From Escherichia coli (GTDB lineage Bacteria > Pseudomonadota > Gammaproteobacteria > Enterobacterales > Enterobacteriaceae): DNA of 64,000 bases. Shown here piece after piece: positions 33,808 to 43,022 of the stretch. The DNA lies in assembly GCF_050320075.1 (NCBI RefSeq), contig NZ_CP190018.1; one strand, written 5' to 3'. Numbering within the stretch: position 1 is the first letter of the stretch; every line of letters begins with the position of its first letter. Position numbers and translations under genes: made by a program. The notes under the pieces were generated by a model, which ran no database searches, was not told the DNA's origin, and saw only the letters and a list, made by a program, of their open reading frames with translations.

Positions 33808-35415
33808 ATGGATATGTCAAAAAAAATTTTTGAATTCAAAAATTACCCAATAGTCTTTATTGGCTCAGGCATTTCAAAAAGATATTTAGAGAACTACCCA
33901 ACGTGGGAAGAGCTATTAAACGAGTATTGGAAAATAACAAATCCCACAAATGATTTCTATAGTTATCTTTTAACAATAAAAGAATCACATAAAAATAACA
34001 GTGATAATGATATCGATCATAAGATTTATACAGAGGCAGCAAGTAAAATTGAAAATGATTACAATCTATTGTTTAGGACTGGCAAATTAAAATTAAATGG
34101 ACTAGATGCCAAGAGGGTTTTTAGTGAAGATATTTCACCATTTAAATACGCCATATGCCAAAGATTTTCTAATAACACAATCAGAAAGGATGTAAATCTT
34201 GATGAATTAGCATCATTTAAAACATTAATAAAAAAGGCCAAGATAATCATCACTACAAATTATGATGCTTTCATAGAAAATTTACTTCAAGAGCAAAATG
34301 TAACTCCAAAACTCTATATTGGAAATAATGGTTTTTTCGAAGATACTATTGGCTGGAGTGAGTTATACAAAATACATGGTGATATAAAGGATCCACACTC
34401 AATAATCATAAATAAAGATGATTACGAAAAATATGACAACAAATCTATACTCATTAGTGCCAAGATACTATCTAACATGATTAAAAATCCAATAGTTTTT
34501 CTTGGATATTCTTTAACTGACAGGAATGTAAAGAAACTTCTTTCTGATTTTTCCTCACAACTACCTAGAGAAGATGGTCGAAAATCAGCTGAAAGAATAA
34601 TTTTGATTGAATATAAAGAGAATGAACAGGAAGTAGTACCAAAACAGATTACCGATCAACAGCTACAAATTACATATACATCTGTTAAAACAGATAACTA
34701 TAAACAGATCTATGATGAGATCAGTGCTGTTGATGAAGGGCTCTCACCTTATGATGTTTTAAGGTATCAAAGAGCCATTAAAACACTTATCATTAATGAG
34801 GGTGAAAAAGGGCACTTAGATACTCTATTGGTTTCACCTTCTGACTTAGACAGACTTGAAGAAAGTGTTAAACAAGGAAAAAATTTAGTTGTTGCTCTAG
34901 GCGATAAAAAGTATGTATTCACACAAGTTAAAGAAATAAATTATCTTGAAGACTACTTATTTAATAAAAATGAAATATCTAATAAATTAGCTATAGATTT
35001 CATATTAGGTTCAGTAAACTCATTACAACTTCCATTTTCAAAAACTATAACCTCATGTAATTTGAAAGAGTTAAGTTTGCCAGCTAAATATGTGTTAAAA
35101 CTAAATCAACGCATTGAACGCCACGGAAAACTAGACGACTTGCTCAATAAAATCACCTTAGATAAAATCAATGCAAATAAAATTTACACCAACATCAAAG
35201 ATATAAAGGATGCAAAGTTCAAAAAGTACAAAGAATTGTCTATAGTCATTAAGAACATAAAAAATATCCCCAAAGAGGAGATTGAAGATTATGTTAAAAA
35301 AGAAGCGTTTGTTCAATTCAAGGCATGCGACGTTGACAATTTAAAAACCCAGTATAGGAAACTATTTCTTGCCTACGACTTGTTGATTCATGGAAATGTT
35401 GAAAAGATAAATTAA
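33808..35415 (+). CDS. SIR2-like (sirtuin-family, SIR2_2-type) domain protein with uncharacterised C-terminal half; candidate single-gene anti-phage defence protein in the rexAB-equivalent position
   Basis: 535-aa ORF, about 28-30% GC; motifs FIGSGISK (res 17-24), IIITTNYD (N151), YKIHGD (H190), IVFLGYSLTD (229-238) with Asn-His spacing of 39 as in defence-associated SIR2 domains; directly downstream and co-oriented with the repressor. Confidence 0.7.
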   Translation: MDMSKKIFEFKNYPIVFIGSGISKRYLENYPTWEELLNEYWKITNPTNDFYSYLLTIKESHKNNSDNDIDHKIYTEAASKIENDYNLLFRTGKLKLNGLDAKRVFSEDISPFKYAICQRFSNNTIRKDVNLDELASFKTLIKKAKIIITTNYDAFIENLLQEQNVTPKLYIGNNGFFEDTIGWSELYKIHGDIKDPHSIIINKDDYEKYDNKSILISAKILSNMIKNPIVFLGYSLTDRNVKKLLSDFSSQLPREDGRKSAERIILIEYKENEQEVVPKQITDQQLQITYTSVKTDNYKQIYDEISAVDEGLSPYDVLRYQRAIKTLIINEGEKGHLDTLLVSPSDLDRLEESVKQGKNLVVALGDKKYVFTQVKEINYLEDYLFNKNEISNKLAIDFILGSVNSLQLPFSKTITSCNLKELSLPAKYVLKLNQRIERHGKLDDLLNKITLDKINANKIYTNIKDIKDAKFKKYKELSIVIKNIKNIPKEEIEDYVKKEAFVQFKACDVDNLKTQYRKLFLAYDLLIHGNVEKIN

Positions 35416-35919
35416 ATAAACGCCCCGTACAAAGCGATGGCGGGGCTAATAAGTCATTTATGTATCATTTAGCAACTGACTAAAAAAATACACATAAGAA
35501 CTCAGACTACCAATATTCGATTAAATTTGCTGCCAACCTACCGAGCTCACCACAACCCGATGCCCCTCTGTCACGAGGCACATTAAAGCTGTACAAATTT
35601 CAGCCACACCAATAAGTCTTCATACTCTTTTTTATAAAAATTCATTTAATTATCAATCAGAACAAGTATATCAAACATTATCAATACTAATTGCTATTGA
35701 CTACACCAATAGCTATTGCTATTGTCATGCTATTGCATCGATGTTGGTATCACAAAATTTATAACTTCACCGTTGCGATGACCGCTTAGATCCGCAGCTT
35801 GAATTTCAGCAGGCTCCGGGGAGTGCGAGGGGTGAAGCGGACGCGTGAACGTCGGTGTGACCAGCTGAAATCAACTCAACACTTCATACCTCAGTCGCTT
35901 CAACGAGGCGACTTAGTTA

Positions 35920-36209
35920 TGACAACCGGCGGCCATCCACCGCCTGAATACGCGCAGAAGTCTCTATATGTTCAGCAGCCCAGCTTACGGGCAGGAGTTT
36001 TTATGGTTCATCAACATTACGGAACGCAGACCGTTAATCGAGGTGCGGTCATGCCAGGAATGCTGGTCAAACACAAAGATGGTACCTGGACTGCATCAGC
36101 TAATTTACGCGGACGGCTATATCTGCATCGCGGCATCGAGCGCACTTATACCCGTGATTTGCTCGTGGAAGTTTTTCTCGACGGACGCGGTAACGGCCTG
36201 AATCACTAA
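35920..36209 (+). CDS. Hypothetical protein (96 aa from ATG; a TTG-initiated 136-aa version starts at 35799)
   Basis: [38 protein letters not shown]... with upstream GAGG; sits where lambda has N-ral-cIII-kil but resembles none of them. Confidence 0.35.
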
Positions 36210-36284
36210 TCCCCTTTCCTGTTTTCCTAATCAGCCTGGCATTTCGCGGGCGATATTTTCACAGCCATTTTCAGGAGTTCAGCC

Positions 36285-36581
36285 ATGAACGCTTATTACA
36301 TTCAGGATCGTCTTGAGGCTCAGAGCTGGGCGCGTCACTACCAGCAGATCGCCCGTGAAGAGAAAGAGGCAGAACTGGCAGACGACATGGAAAAAGGTCT
36401 GCCCCAGCACCTGTTTGAATCACTCTGCATCGATCATTTGCAACGTCACGGGGCCAGCAAAAAAGCCATTACCCGTGCGTTTGATGACGATGTTGAGTTT
36501 CAGGAGCGCATGGCAGAACACATCCGGTACATGGTTGAAACCATTGCTCACCACCAGGTTGATATTGATTCAGAGGTATAA
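36285..36581 (+). CDS. gam: Gam (RecBCD inhibitor; 98-aa short form)
   Basis: [60 protein letters not shown]... matches lambda Gam. Confidence 0.93.
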   Translation: MNAYYIQDRLEAQSWARHYQQIAREEKEAELADDMEKGLPQHLFESLCIDHLQRHGASKKAITRAFDDDVEFQERMAEHIRYMVETIAHHQVDIDSEV

Positions 36582-36586
36582 AACGG

Positions 36587-37372
36587 ATGAGTACAGCACT
36601 CGCAACGCTGGCTGGGAAGCTGGCTGAACGAGTCGGCATGGATTCTGTCGACCCACAGGAACTGATCACCACTCTTCGCCAGACGGCATTTAAAGGTGAT
36701 GCCAGCGATGCGCAGTTCATCGCATTGCTGATCGTCGCCAACCAGTACGGTCTTAATCCGTGGACGAAAGAAATTTACGCCTTCCCTGATAAGCAGAACG
36801 GCATCGTTCCGGTGGTGGGCGTTGATGGCTGGTCCCGCATCATCAACGAAAACCAGCAGTTTGACGGCATGGACTTTGAACAGGACAACGAATCCTGCAC
36901 ATGCCGGATTTACCGCAAAGACCGCAATCATCCGATCTGCGTTACCGAGTGGATGGATGAATGCCGCCGCGAACCATTCAAAACCCGCGAAGGCAGAGAA
37001 ATCACCGGACCGTGGCAGTCGCATCCCAAACGGATGTTACGGCATAAAGCCATGATTCAGTGTGCCCGTCTGGCCTTCGGATTTGCTGGTATCTATGACA
37101 AGGATGAAGCCGAGCGCATTGTCGAAAATACTGCATACACTGCAGAACGTCAGCCGGAACGCGACATCACTCCGGTTAACGATGAAACCATGCAGGAGAT
37201 TAACACTCTGCTGATCGCCTTGGATAAAACATGGGATGACGACTTATTGCCGCTCTGTTCCCAGATATTTCGCCGCGACATTCGCGCATCGTCAGAACTG
37301 ACACAGGCCGAAGCAGTGAAAGCTCTTGGATTCCTGAAACAGAAAGCCACTGAGCAGAAGGTGGCAGCATGA
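36587..37372 (+). CDS. bet: Bet (Red-beta single-strand annealing protein)
   Basis: 261-aa [69 protein letters not shown]... matches lambda Beta. Confidence 0.95.
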   Translation: MSTALATLAGKLAERVGMDSVDPQELITTLRQTAFKGDASDAQFIALLIVANQYGLNPWTKEIYAFPDKQNGIVPVVGVDGWSRIINENQQFDGMDFEQDNESCTCRIYRKDRNHPICVTEWMDECRREPFKTREGREITGPWQSHPKRMLRHKAMIQCARLAFGFAGIYDKDEAERIVENTAYTAERQPERDITPVNDETMQEINTLLIALDKTWDDDLLPLCSQIFRRDIRASSELTQAEAVKALGFLKQKATEQKVAA

Positions 37373-38049
37373 CACCGGACATTATCCTGCAGCGTACCGG
37401 GATCGACGTGAGAGCTGTCGAACAGGGGGATGATGCATGGCACAAATTACGGCTCGGCGTCATCACCGCTTCAGAAGTTCACAACGTGATAGCAAAGCCC
37501 CGATCAGGAAAGAAGTGGCCTGACATGAAAATGTCCTACTTCCACACCCTGCTAGCTGAGGTTTGCACCGGTGTGGCTCCGGAAGTTAACGCTAAAGCGC
37601 TGGCCTGGGGAAAACAGTACGAGAACGACGCCAGAACCCTGTTTGAGTTCACTTCCGGCGTAAATGTTATTGAATCCCCGATCATCTATCGCGACGAAAG
37701 TATGCGCACCGCCTGCTCTCCCGATGGTTTATGCAGTGACGGCAATGGCCTTGAGCTGAAATGCCCGTTTACCTCCCGGGATTTCATGAAATTCCGGCTC
37801 GGTGGTTTCGAGGCCATAAAGTCGGCTTACATGGCCCAGGTGCAGTACAGCATGTGGGTGACGCGAAAAGATGCCTGGTACTTTGCCAACTATGACCCGC
37901 GTATGAAGCGTGAAGGCCTGCATTATGTCGTGATTGAGCGGAATGAAAAGTATATAGCGAGTTTTGACGAGATGGTGCCGGAGTTCATCGAAAAAATGGA
38001 CGAGGCACTGGCTGAAATTGGTTTTGTATTTGGGGAGCAATGGCGATGA
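37369..38049 (+). CDS. exo: Exo (lambda exonuclease, Red-alpha)
   Basis: 226-aa [68 protein letters not shown]... matches lambda Exo. Confidence 0.95.
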   Translation: MTPDIILQRTGIDVRAVEQGDDAWHKLRLGVITASEVHNVIAKPRSGKKWPDMKMSYFHTLLAEVCTGVAPEVNAKALAWGKQYENDARTLFEFTSGVNVIESPIIYRDESMRTACSPDGLCSDGNGLELKCPFTSRDFMKFRLGGFEAIKSAYMAQVQYSMWVTRKDAWYFANYDPRMKREGLHYVVIERNEKYIASFDEMVPEFIEKMDEALAEIGFVFGEQWR

Positions 38050-38228
38050 AACATCCTCACGATAATATCCGCGTAGGCACGATCACTTTCGTCTACTCCG
38101 TTACGAAGCGAGGCTGGGTATTTCCCGGCCTTTCTGTTATCCGAAATCCCCTGAAAGCACAGCGGCTGGCTGAGGAGATAAATAATAAACGGGGAGCTGT
38201 ATGCACAAAGCATCTCCCGTTGAGTTAA
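38040..38228 (+). CDS. Lambda orf60a-like small protein
   Basis: 62-aa [65 protein letters not shown] in the position of the small lambda ORF following exo. Confidence 0.7.
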   Translation: MAMKHPHDNIRVGTITFVYSVTKRGWVFPGLSVIRNPLKAQRLAEEINNKRGAVCTKHLPLS

Positions 38229-38392
38229 GAACGAGTATCGAGATGGCACATAGCCTCGCTCAAATTGGAGTCAGGTTTGTGCCAATACCAGTAGAAACAG
38301 ACGAAGAATTTCATACGTTAGCCGCATCCCTTTCACAAAAGCTGGAAATGATGGTGGCGAAAGCAGAAGCAGATGAGAGAGACCAGGTATGA
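38201..38392 (+). CDS. Lambda orf63-like small protein
   Basis: 63-aa [66 protein letters not shown]. Confidence 0.65.
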   Translation: MHKASPVELRTSIEMAHSLAQIGVRFVPIPVETDEEFHTLAASLSQKLEMMVAKAEADERDQV

Positions 38393-38468
38393 CAACCACG
38401 GAATGCATTTTTCTGGCAGCGGGCTTCATATTCTGTGTGCTTATGCTTGCCGACATGGGACTTGTTCA

Positions 38469-38684
38469 ATGACACCTCAGCAGGAAAACGCCCTTCGCAG
38501 CATTGCCCGTCAGGCTAATTCTGAAATCAAAAAAGCCAGACAGCAGTTTCCGGATAAAAACGTCGATGACATTTGCCGTAGCGTACTGAAGAAGCACCGC
38601 GAAACGGTAACGCTGATGGGATTCACACCGACTCATTTAAGCCTGGCAATCGGCATGTTAAACGGCGTCTTTAAGGAACGATGA
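38469..38684 (+). CDS. Lambda orf61-like small protein
   Basis: ORF MTPQQENALRSIARQANSEIKKARQQFPDKNVDDICRSVLKKHRETVTLMGFTPTHLSLAIGMLNGVFKER from internal ATG. Confidence 0.6.
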   Translation: MTPQQENALRSIARQANSEIKKARQQFPDKNVDDICRSVLKKHRETVTLMGFTPTHLSLAIGMLNGVFKER

Positions 38685-38782
38685 ACATGAAAAGCAAAAT
38701 CATCAGGGAGCTACAGGCTCCTTTTTTATTATTCGCATTCACCCTCAAGCGTATTAACCAACAATTCAGGGATTAATGGAAG

Positions 38783-39004
38783 ATGGCAGACATCATTGAT
38801 TCAGCATCAGAAATTGAAGAATTACAGCGCAACACAGCAATAAAAATGCGCCGCCTGAACCACCAGGCTATATCTGCCACTCATTGTTGTGAGTGTGGCG
38901 ATCCGATAGATGAACGAAGACGCCTGGTCGTTCAGGGTTGTCGGACTTGTGCAAGTTGCCAGGAGGATCTGGAGCTTATCAGTAAACAGAGAGGTTCGAA
39001 GTGA
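38783..39004 (+). CDS. TraR/DksA-family C4 zinc-finger protein (lambda orf73-like, probable RNA-polymerase-binding factor)
   Basis: 73-aa ORF with CCECGDPIDERRR...CRTCASCQ four-cysteine motif. Confidence 0.75.
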   Translation: MADIIDSASEIEELQRNTAIKMRRLNHQAISATHCCECGDPIDERRRLVVQGCRTCASCQEDLELISKQRGSK

Positions 39005-39214
39005 GCGAAATTAACTAGAAGCCAAAGATAAAATCATCGCTGAGCAGGAGAAAATCGCTAACGGAGAAAAGACAGTAAGTCAGTATATGAAAACCGCATG
39101 ATATCATCAGATAAAAATCGGTCGTAAAGCGAAATATTAATACCAGAACAAACGAGTCGAGGTAAATTATATTACCTCGATAAATTAACTAAAACTTGCC
39201 CGCTATATACTATA

Positions 39215-39817
39215 TCATTCAGTATCATCACGCGCGGTCTGTGCATATGTCACTACCGCACCTAATATATTAATTTTCTTTTCAACATAGATAATATTAT
39301 CGTACTCATAATTGCCATACGGATAGCAAATGCGAATATTCTCATGTAGATCGGGGTCATCCACCTCAGCTCCAGAACAACTTTTTGAACTACCGGAAGT
39401 ATACCGATACGGTGCAACATAAGACGATGTCTCTCCAGGCAAAAAATAAGTTAGTGTCGTAAGGGGTATAATCAGAAAAAATCCAGCAAATATGCACATC
39501 CCTGCATAAACCTTAAGGTATGCTGACAGACTCTTCCAGCCTCTTTGTTTTACTATCCCCTTCTTAACCCAAAACAGAGATAACAGAAAAGCTATTCCCA
39601 TGCTAAACAGAATGTAATAGTGGGATATACTCTGATTAAGAAACGTGACCCTGTAGATATCTGCCCGCCACCAGAAGAAAAGGAAAATAAAGATCAGCCC
39701 TGAAACTGTCATGCAAATCAAATAAGGATACGAATCTTTTTTCATGTTTAGCGCCCATAAAATTTTTCCTGACCCGGACAAATTTACCATCCATTTTTTG
39801 CGCAGAAAATAGCTCAT
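39215..39817 (-). CDS. Hypothetical polytopic membrane protein (prophage cargo; likely start at the MKKDSY Met, 39745)
   Basis: 200-aa ORF with at least three hydrophobic helices (LICMTVSGLIFIFLFFWW; YYILFSMGIAFLLSLFWV; VYAGMCIFAGFFLIIPLTTLTYFL) and a hydrophilic C-terminal domain; low GC; opposite strand to surrounding early-left genes. Confidence 0.55.
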   Translation of the reverse strand: MSYFLRKKWMVNLSGSGKILWALNMKKDSYPYLICMTVSGLIFIFLFFWWRADIYRVTFLNQSISHYYILFSMGIAFLLSLFWVKKGIVKQRGWKSLSAYLKVYAGMCIFAGFFLIIPLTTLTYFLPGETSSYVAPYRYTSGSSKSCSGAEVDDPDLHENIRICYPYGNYEYDNIIYVEKKINILGAVVTYAQTARDDTE

Positions 39818-40266
39818 TACTTACTGCACAATAATACACAAAATTGCGTAAATTTTTTGCATGGATTTTAGCTCTTTCAGCCGACATTTAAGGGGTAAAT
39901 AGCATTTCCTAAAAGCAACTGCACCAACCCAACAGAATGGGCTACCGCTTACGTTGAGAGCAAAAAAGTGTATAGCAGCAATGAACAGCATCCTCGCACT
40001 GACGAGGATTTCTTTTATCTGAACTCGCTACGGCGGGTTTTGTTTTATGGCGATGATAAATGCACTTCCGAGTCACAGGAGAATGGAATGGAGAGCCATT
40101 CAACAGAGTTATCGAAGCGGAGAACATCAACGACTGCTACGACCACTGGATGATATGGGCGCAGATAGCACATGCAGACATAACCAATATTCGAATTGAA
40201 GAACTGAAAGAACACCAAGCCGCCTGATGGCGGTTTTTTCTTGCGTGTAATTGCGGAGACTTTGCG

Positions 40267-40485
40267 ATGTACTTGACACTTCAGGAGTGGAACGCACGCC
40301 AGCGACGCCCAAGAAGCCTTGAAACAGTTCGTCGATGGGTGCGCGAATGCAGGATATTCCCTCCTCCGGTTAAGGATGGAAGAGAATATCTGTTCCACGA
40401 ATCAGCGGTAAAGGTTGACTTAAATCGACCAGTAACAGGTAGCCTTTTGAAGAGGATCAGAAATGGGAAGAAGGCGAAGTCATGA
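40267..40485 (+). CDS. xis: Excisionase Xis
   Basis: 72-aa ORF MYLTLQEWNARQRRPRSLETVRRWVRECRIFPPPVKDGREYLFHESAVKVDLNRPVTGSLLKRIRNGKKAKS matches lambda Xis. Confidence 0.95.
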   Translation: MYLTLQEWNARQRRPRSLETVRRWVRECRIFPPPVKDGREYLFHESAVKVDLNRPVTGSLLKRIRNGKKAKS

Positions 40486-41533
40486 GCGCCGGGATTTACC
40501 CCCTAACCTTTATATAAGAAACAATGGATATTACTGCTACAGGGACCCAAGGACGGGTAAAGAGTTTGGATTAGGCAGAGACAGGCGAATCGCAATCACT
40601 GAAGCCATACAGGCCAACATTGAGTTATTTTCAGGACACAAACACAAGCCTCTGACAGCGAGAATCAACAGTGATAATTCCGTTACGTTACATTCATGGC
40701 TTGATCGCTACGAAAAAATCCTGGCCAGCAGAGGAATCAAGCAGAAGACACTCATAAATTACATGAGCAAAATTAAAGCAATAAGGAGGGGGCTGCCTGA
40801 TGCTCCACTTGAAGACATCACCACAAAAGAAATTGCGGCAATGCTCAATGGATACATAGACGAGGGCAAGGCGGCGTCAGCCAAGTTAATCAGATCAACA
40901 CTGAGCGATGCATTCCGAGAGGCAATAGCTGAAGGCCATATAACAACAAACCCTGTCGCTGCCACTCGCGCAGCAAAATCAGAGGTAAGGAGATCAAGAC
41001 TTACGGCTGACGAATACCTGAAAATTTATCAAGCAGCAGAATCATCACCATGTTGGCTCAGACTTGCAATGGAACTGGCTGTTGTTACCGGGCAACGAGT
41101 TGGTGATTTATGCGAAATGAAGTGGTCTGATATCGTAGATGGATATCTTTATGTCGAGCAAAGCAAAACAGGCGTAAAAATTGCCATCCCAACAGCATTG
41201 CATGTTGATGCTCTCGGAATATCAATGAAGGAAACACTTGATAAATGCAAAGAGATTCTTGACGGAGAAACCATAATTGCATCTACTCGTCGTGAACCGC
41301 TTTCATCCGGCACAGTATCAAGGTATTTTATGCGCGCACGAAAAGCATCAGGTCTTTCCTTCGAAGGGGATCCGCCTACCTTTCACGAGTTGCGCAGTTT
41401 GTCTGCAAGACTCTATGAGAAGCAGATAAGCGATAAGTTTGCTCAACATCTTCTCGGGCATAAGTCGGACACCATGGCATCACAGTATCGTGATGACAGA
41501 GGCAGGGAGTGGGACAAAATTGAAATCAAATAA
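40463..41533 (+). CDS. int: Integrase Int (tyrosine recombinase)
   Basis: 356-aa ORF MGRRRSHERRDLPPNLYIRNNGYYCYRDPRTGKEFGLGRDRRIAITEAIQANIELFSGHKHKPLTARINSD... matches lambda Int. Confidence 0.95.
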   Translation: MGRRRSHERRDLPPNLYIRNNGYYCYRDPRTGKEFGLGRDRRIAITEAIQANIELFSGHKHKPLTARINSDNSVTLHSWLDRYEKILASRGIKQKTLINYMSKIKAIRRGLPDAPLEDITTKEIAAMLNGYIDEGKAASAKLIRSTLSDAFREAIAEGHITTNPVAATRAAKSEVRRSRLTADEYLKIYQAAESSPCWLRLAMELAVVTGQRVGDLCEMKWSDIVDGYLYVEQSKTGVKIAIPTALHVDALGISMKETLDKCKEILDGETIIASTRREPLSSGTVSRYFMRARKASGLSFEGDPPTFHELRSLSARLYEKQISDKFAQHLLGHKSDTMASQYRDDRGREWDKIEIK

Positions 41534-41606
41534 TGATTTTATTTTGACTGATAGTGACCTGTTCGTTGCAACAAATTGATAAGCAATGCTTTTTTATAAT
41601 GCCAAC

Positions 41607-41621
41607 TTAGTATAAAAAAGC
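41607..41621. other. attL core (15-bp lambda att core, GCTTTTTTATACTAA on the minus strand) with the P' arm toward int
   Basis: Plus strand TTAGTATAAAAAAGC at 41607..41621; P'-arm sequence (minus strand ...GTTGGCATTATAAAAAAGCATTGCTTATCAATTTGTTGCAACGAACAGGTCACTATCAGTCAAAATAAAATCATTA) at 41534..41606; host ybhC-side sequence to the right. Confidence 0.85.
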
Positions 41622-41667
41622 AGGCTTCAACGGATTCATTTTTCTATTTCATAGCCCGGAGCAACCT

Positions 41668-42951
41668 GTGAACACATTTTCAGTTTCCCGTCTGGCGCTG
41701 GCATTGGCTTTTGGCGTGACGCTGACCGCCTGTAGCTCAACACCGCCCGATCAACGTCCTTCTGATCAAACCGCGCCTGGTACCTCTTCTCGCCCGATTC
41801 TGTCGGCAAAAGAAGCGCAGAATTTCGATGCTCAACACTATTTTGCATCCCTGACACCAGGTGCTGCAGCGTGGAATCCTTCCCCGATTACCCTGCCTGC
41901 ACAACCTGACTTTGTTGTCGGCCCGGCGGGTACTCAAGGTGTAACGCATACCACGATTCAGGCGGCGGTAGATGCGGCAATTATCAAGCGTACCAACAAG
42001 CGCCAGTATATTGCCGTGATGCCTGGTGAGTATCAGGGAACGGTGTATGTCCCTGCCGCTCCGGGTGGAATTACTCTGTACGGTACAGGTGAAAAACCGA
42101 TTGATGTGAAAATTGGGCTTTCCCTTGATGGGGGCATGAGCCCAGCCGACTGGCGTCACGACGTCAACCCACGCGGCAAATATATGCCGGGTAAACCAGC
42201 GTGGTATATGTACGATAGCTGCCAGAGCAAACGCAGCGACAGCATTGGCGTGCTCTGTTCTGCGGTCTTCTGGTCACAAAACAATGGCCTGCAACTGCAA
42301 AACCTGACCATCGAAAACACACTGGGCGATAGCGTAGATGCGGGTAACCATCCGGCGGTGGCACTGCGTACTGATGGCGACAAAGTGCAGATCAATAACG
42401 TCAATATTCTCGGTCGCCAGAATACCTTCTTTGTCACCAACAGCGGTGTGCAAAACCGTCTGGAAAGCAACCGTCAGCCGCGTACCCTGGTGACTAACAG
42501 CTACATTGAAGGGGATGTGGATATCGTTTCTGGTCGCGGCGCAGTGGTGTTCGATAACACCGAATTCCGCGTGGTGAACTCCCGTACCCAGCAAGAAGCG
42601 TATGTGTTTGCACCGGCTACGCTGTCCAACATTTACTACGGTTTCCTCGCCGTAAACAGCCGTTTCAATGCTTCCGGGGATGGCGTGGCGCAACTGGGCC
42701 GCTCGCTGGATGTTGATGCCAATACCAACGGTCAGGTAGTGATCCGTGATAGCGCCATCAACGAAGGTTTTAACACGGCGAAACCGTGGGCCGATGCGGT
42801 GATTTCCAATCGTCCGTTTGCGGGTAATACTGGCAACGTTGATGATAACGACGAAGTACAGCGCAATCTGAATGACACTAACTACAACCGCATGTGGGAA
42901 TACAATAACCGCGGCGTGGGTAGCAAAGTGGTTGCAGAGGCGAAGAAGTAA
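41668..42951 (+). CDS. ybhC: Pectinesterase-family outer-membrane lipoprotein / putative acyl-CoA thioester hydrolase YbhC
   Basis: 427-aa ORF MNTFSVSRLALALAFGVTLTACSSTPPDQRP... with lipobox; gene order matches the E. coli gal-bio interval. Confidence 0.9.
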   Translation: MNTFSVSRLALALAFGVTLTACSSTPPDQRPSDQTAPGTSSRPILSAKEAQNFDAQHYFASLTPGAAAWNPSPITLPAQPDFVVGPAGTQGVTHTTIQAAVDAAIIKRTNKRQYIAVMPGEYQGTVYVPAAPGGITLYGTGEKPIDVKIGLSLDGGMSPADWRHDVNPRGKYMPGKPAWYMYDSCQSKRSDSIGVLCSAVFWSQNNGLQLQNLTIENTLGDSVDAGNHPAVALRTDGDKVQINNVNILGRQNTFFVTNSGVQNRLESNRQPRTLVTNSYIEGDVDIVSGRGAVVFDNTEFRVVNSRTQQEAYVFAPATLSNIYYGFLAVNSRFNASGDGVAQLGRSLDVDANTNGQVVIRDSAINEGFNTAKPWADAVISNRPFAGNTGNVDDNDEVQRNLNDTNYNRMWEYNNRGVGSKVVAEAKK

Positions 42952-42993
42952 AAAAGAAAACCCGATAGTCTGAACCATCGGGTTAATGAAACT

Positions 42994-43022
42994 GGGCGCT
43001 ATATTTCATAGCGCCTTTTTTT
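42994..43022. terminator. Bidirectional rho-independent terminator between convergent ybhC and ybhJ
   Basis: GGGCGCTATATTTCATAGCGCC hairpin followed by T7; a second hairpin CCCGATAGTCTGAACCATCGGG lies at 42961..42982. Confidence 0.7.

Noticed and set aside
35799-35919. TTG-initiated N-terminal extension with an Arg-rich segment as an N antiterminator
   Set aside because: The start is a non-ATG codon supplied by the ORF finder, I could not find a boxA/boxB-like nut hairpin upstream, and the downstream sequence does not resemble any N protein I know. Kept only as a low-confidence hypothetical.
36210-36284. Long form of Gam (138 aa) with an N-terminal extension
   Set aside because: The frame upstream of the gam ATG at 36285 is closed by a TAA about 54 nt upstream with no in-frame ATG in between, so only the 98-aa form is supported.
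39942-40398. Minus-strand ORFs 39942..40130 and 40045..40398 upstream of and overlapping xis
   Set aside because: They overlap the well-supported xis gene and its promoter region and have low-complexity translations; likely spurious.
41534-41667. Possible tRNA gene at the integration site
   Set aside because: Lambda integrates into an intergenic site, not a tRNA. The sequence matches the att P' arm and core, and no cloverleaf-compatible structure was evident.
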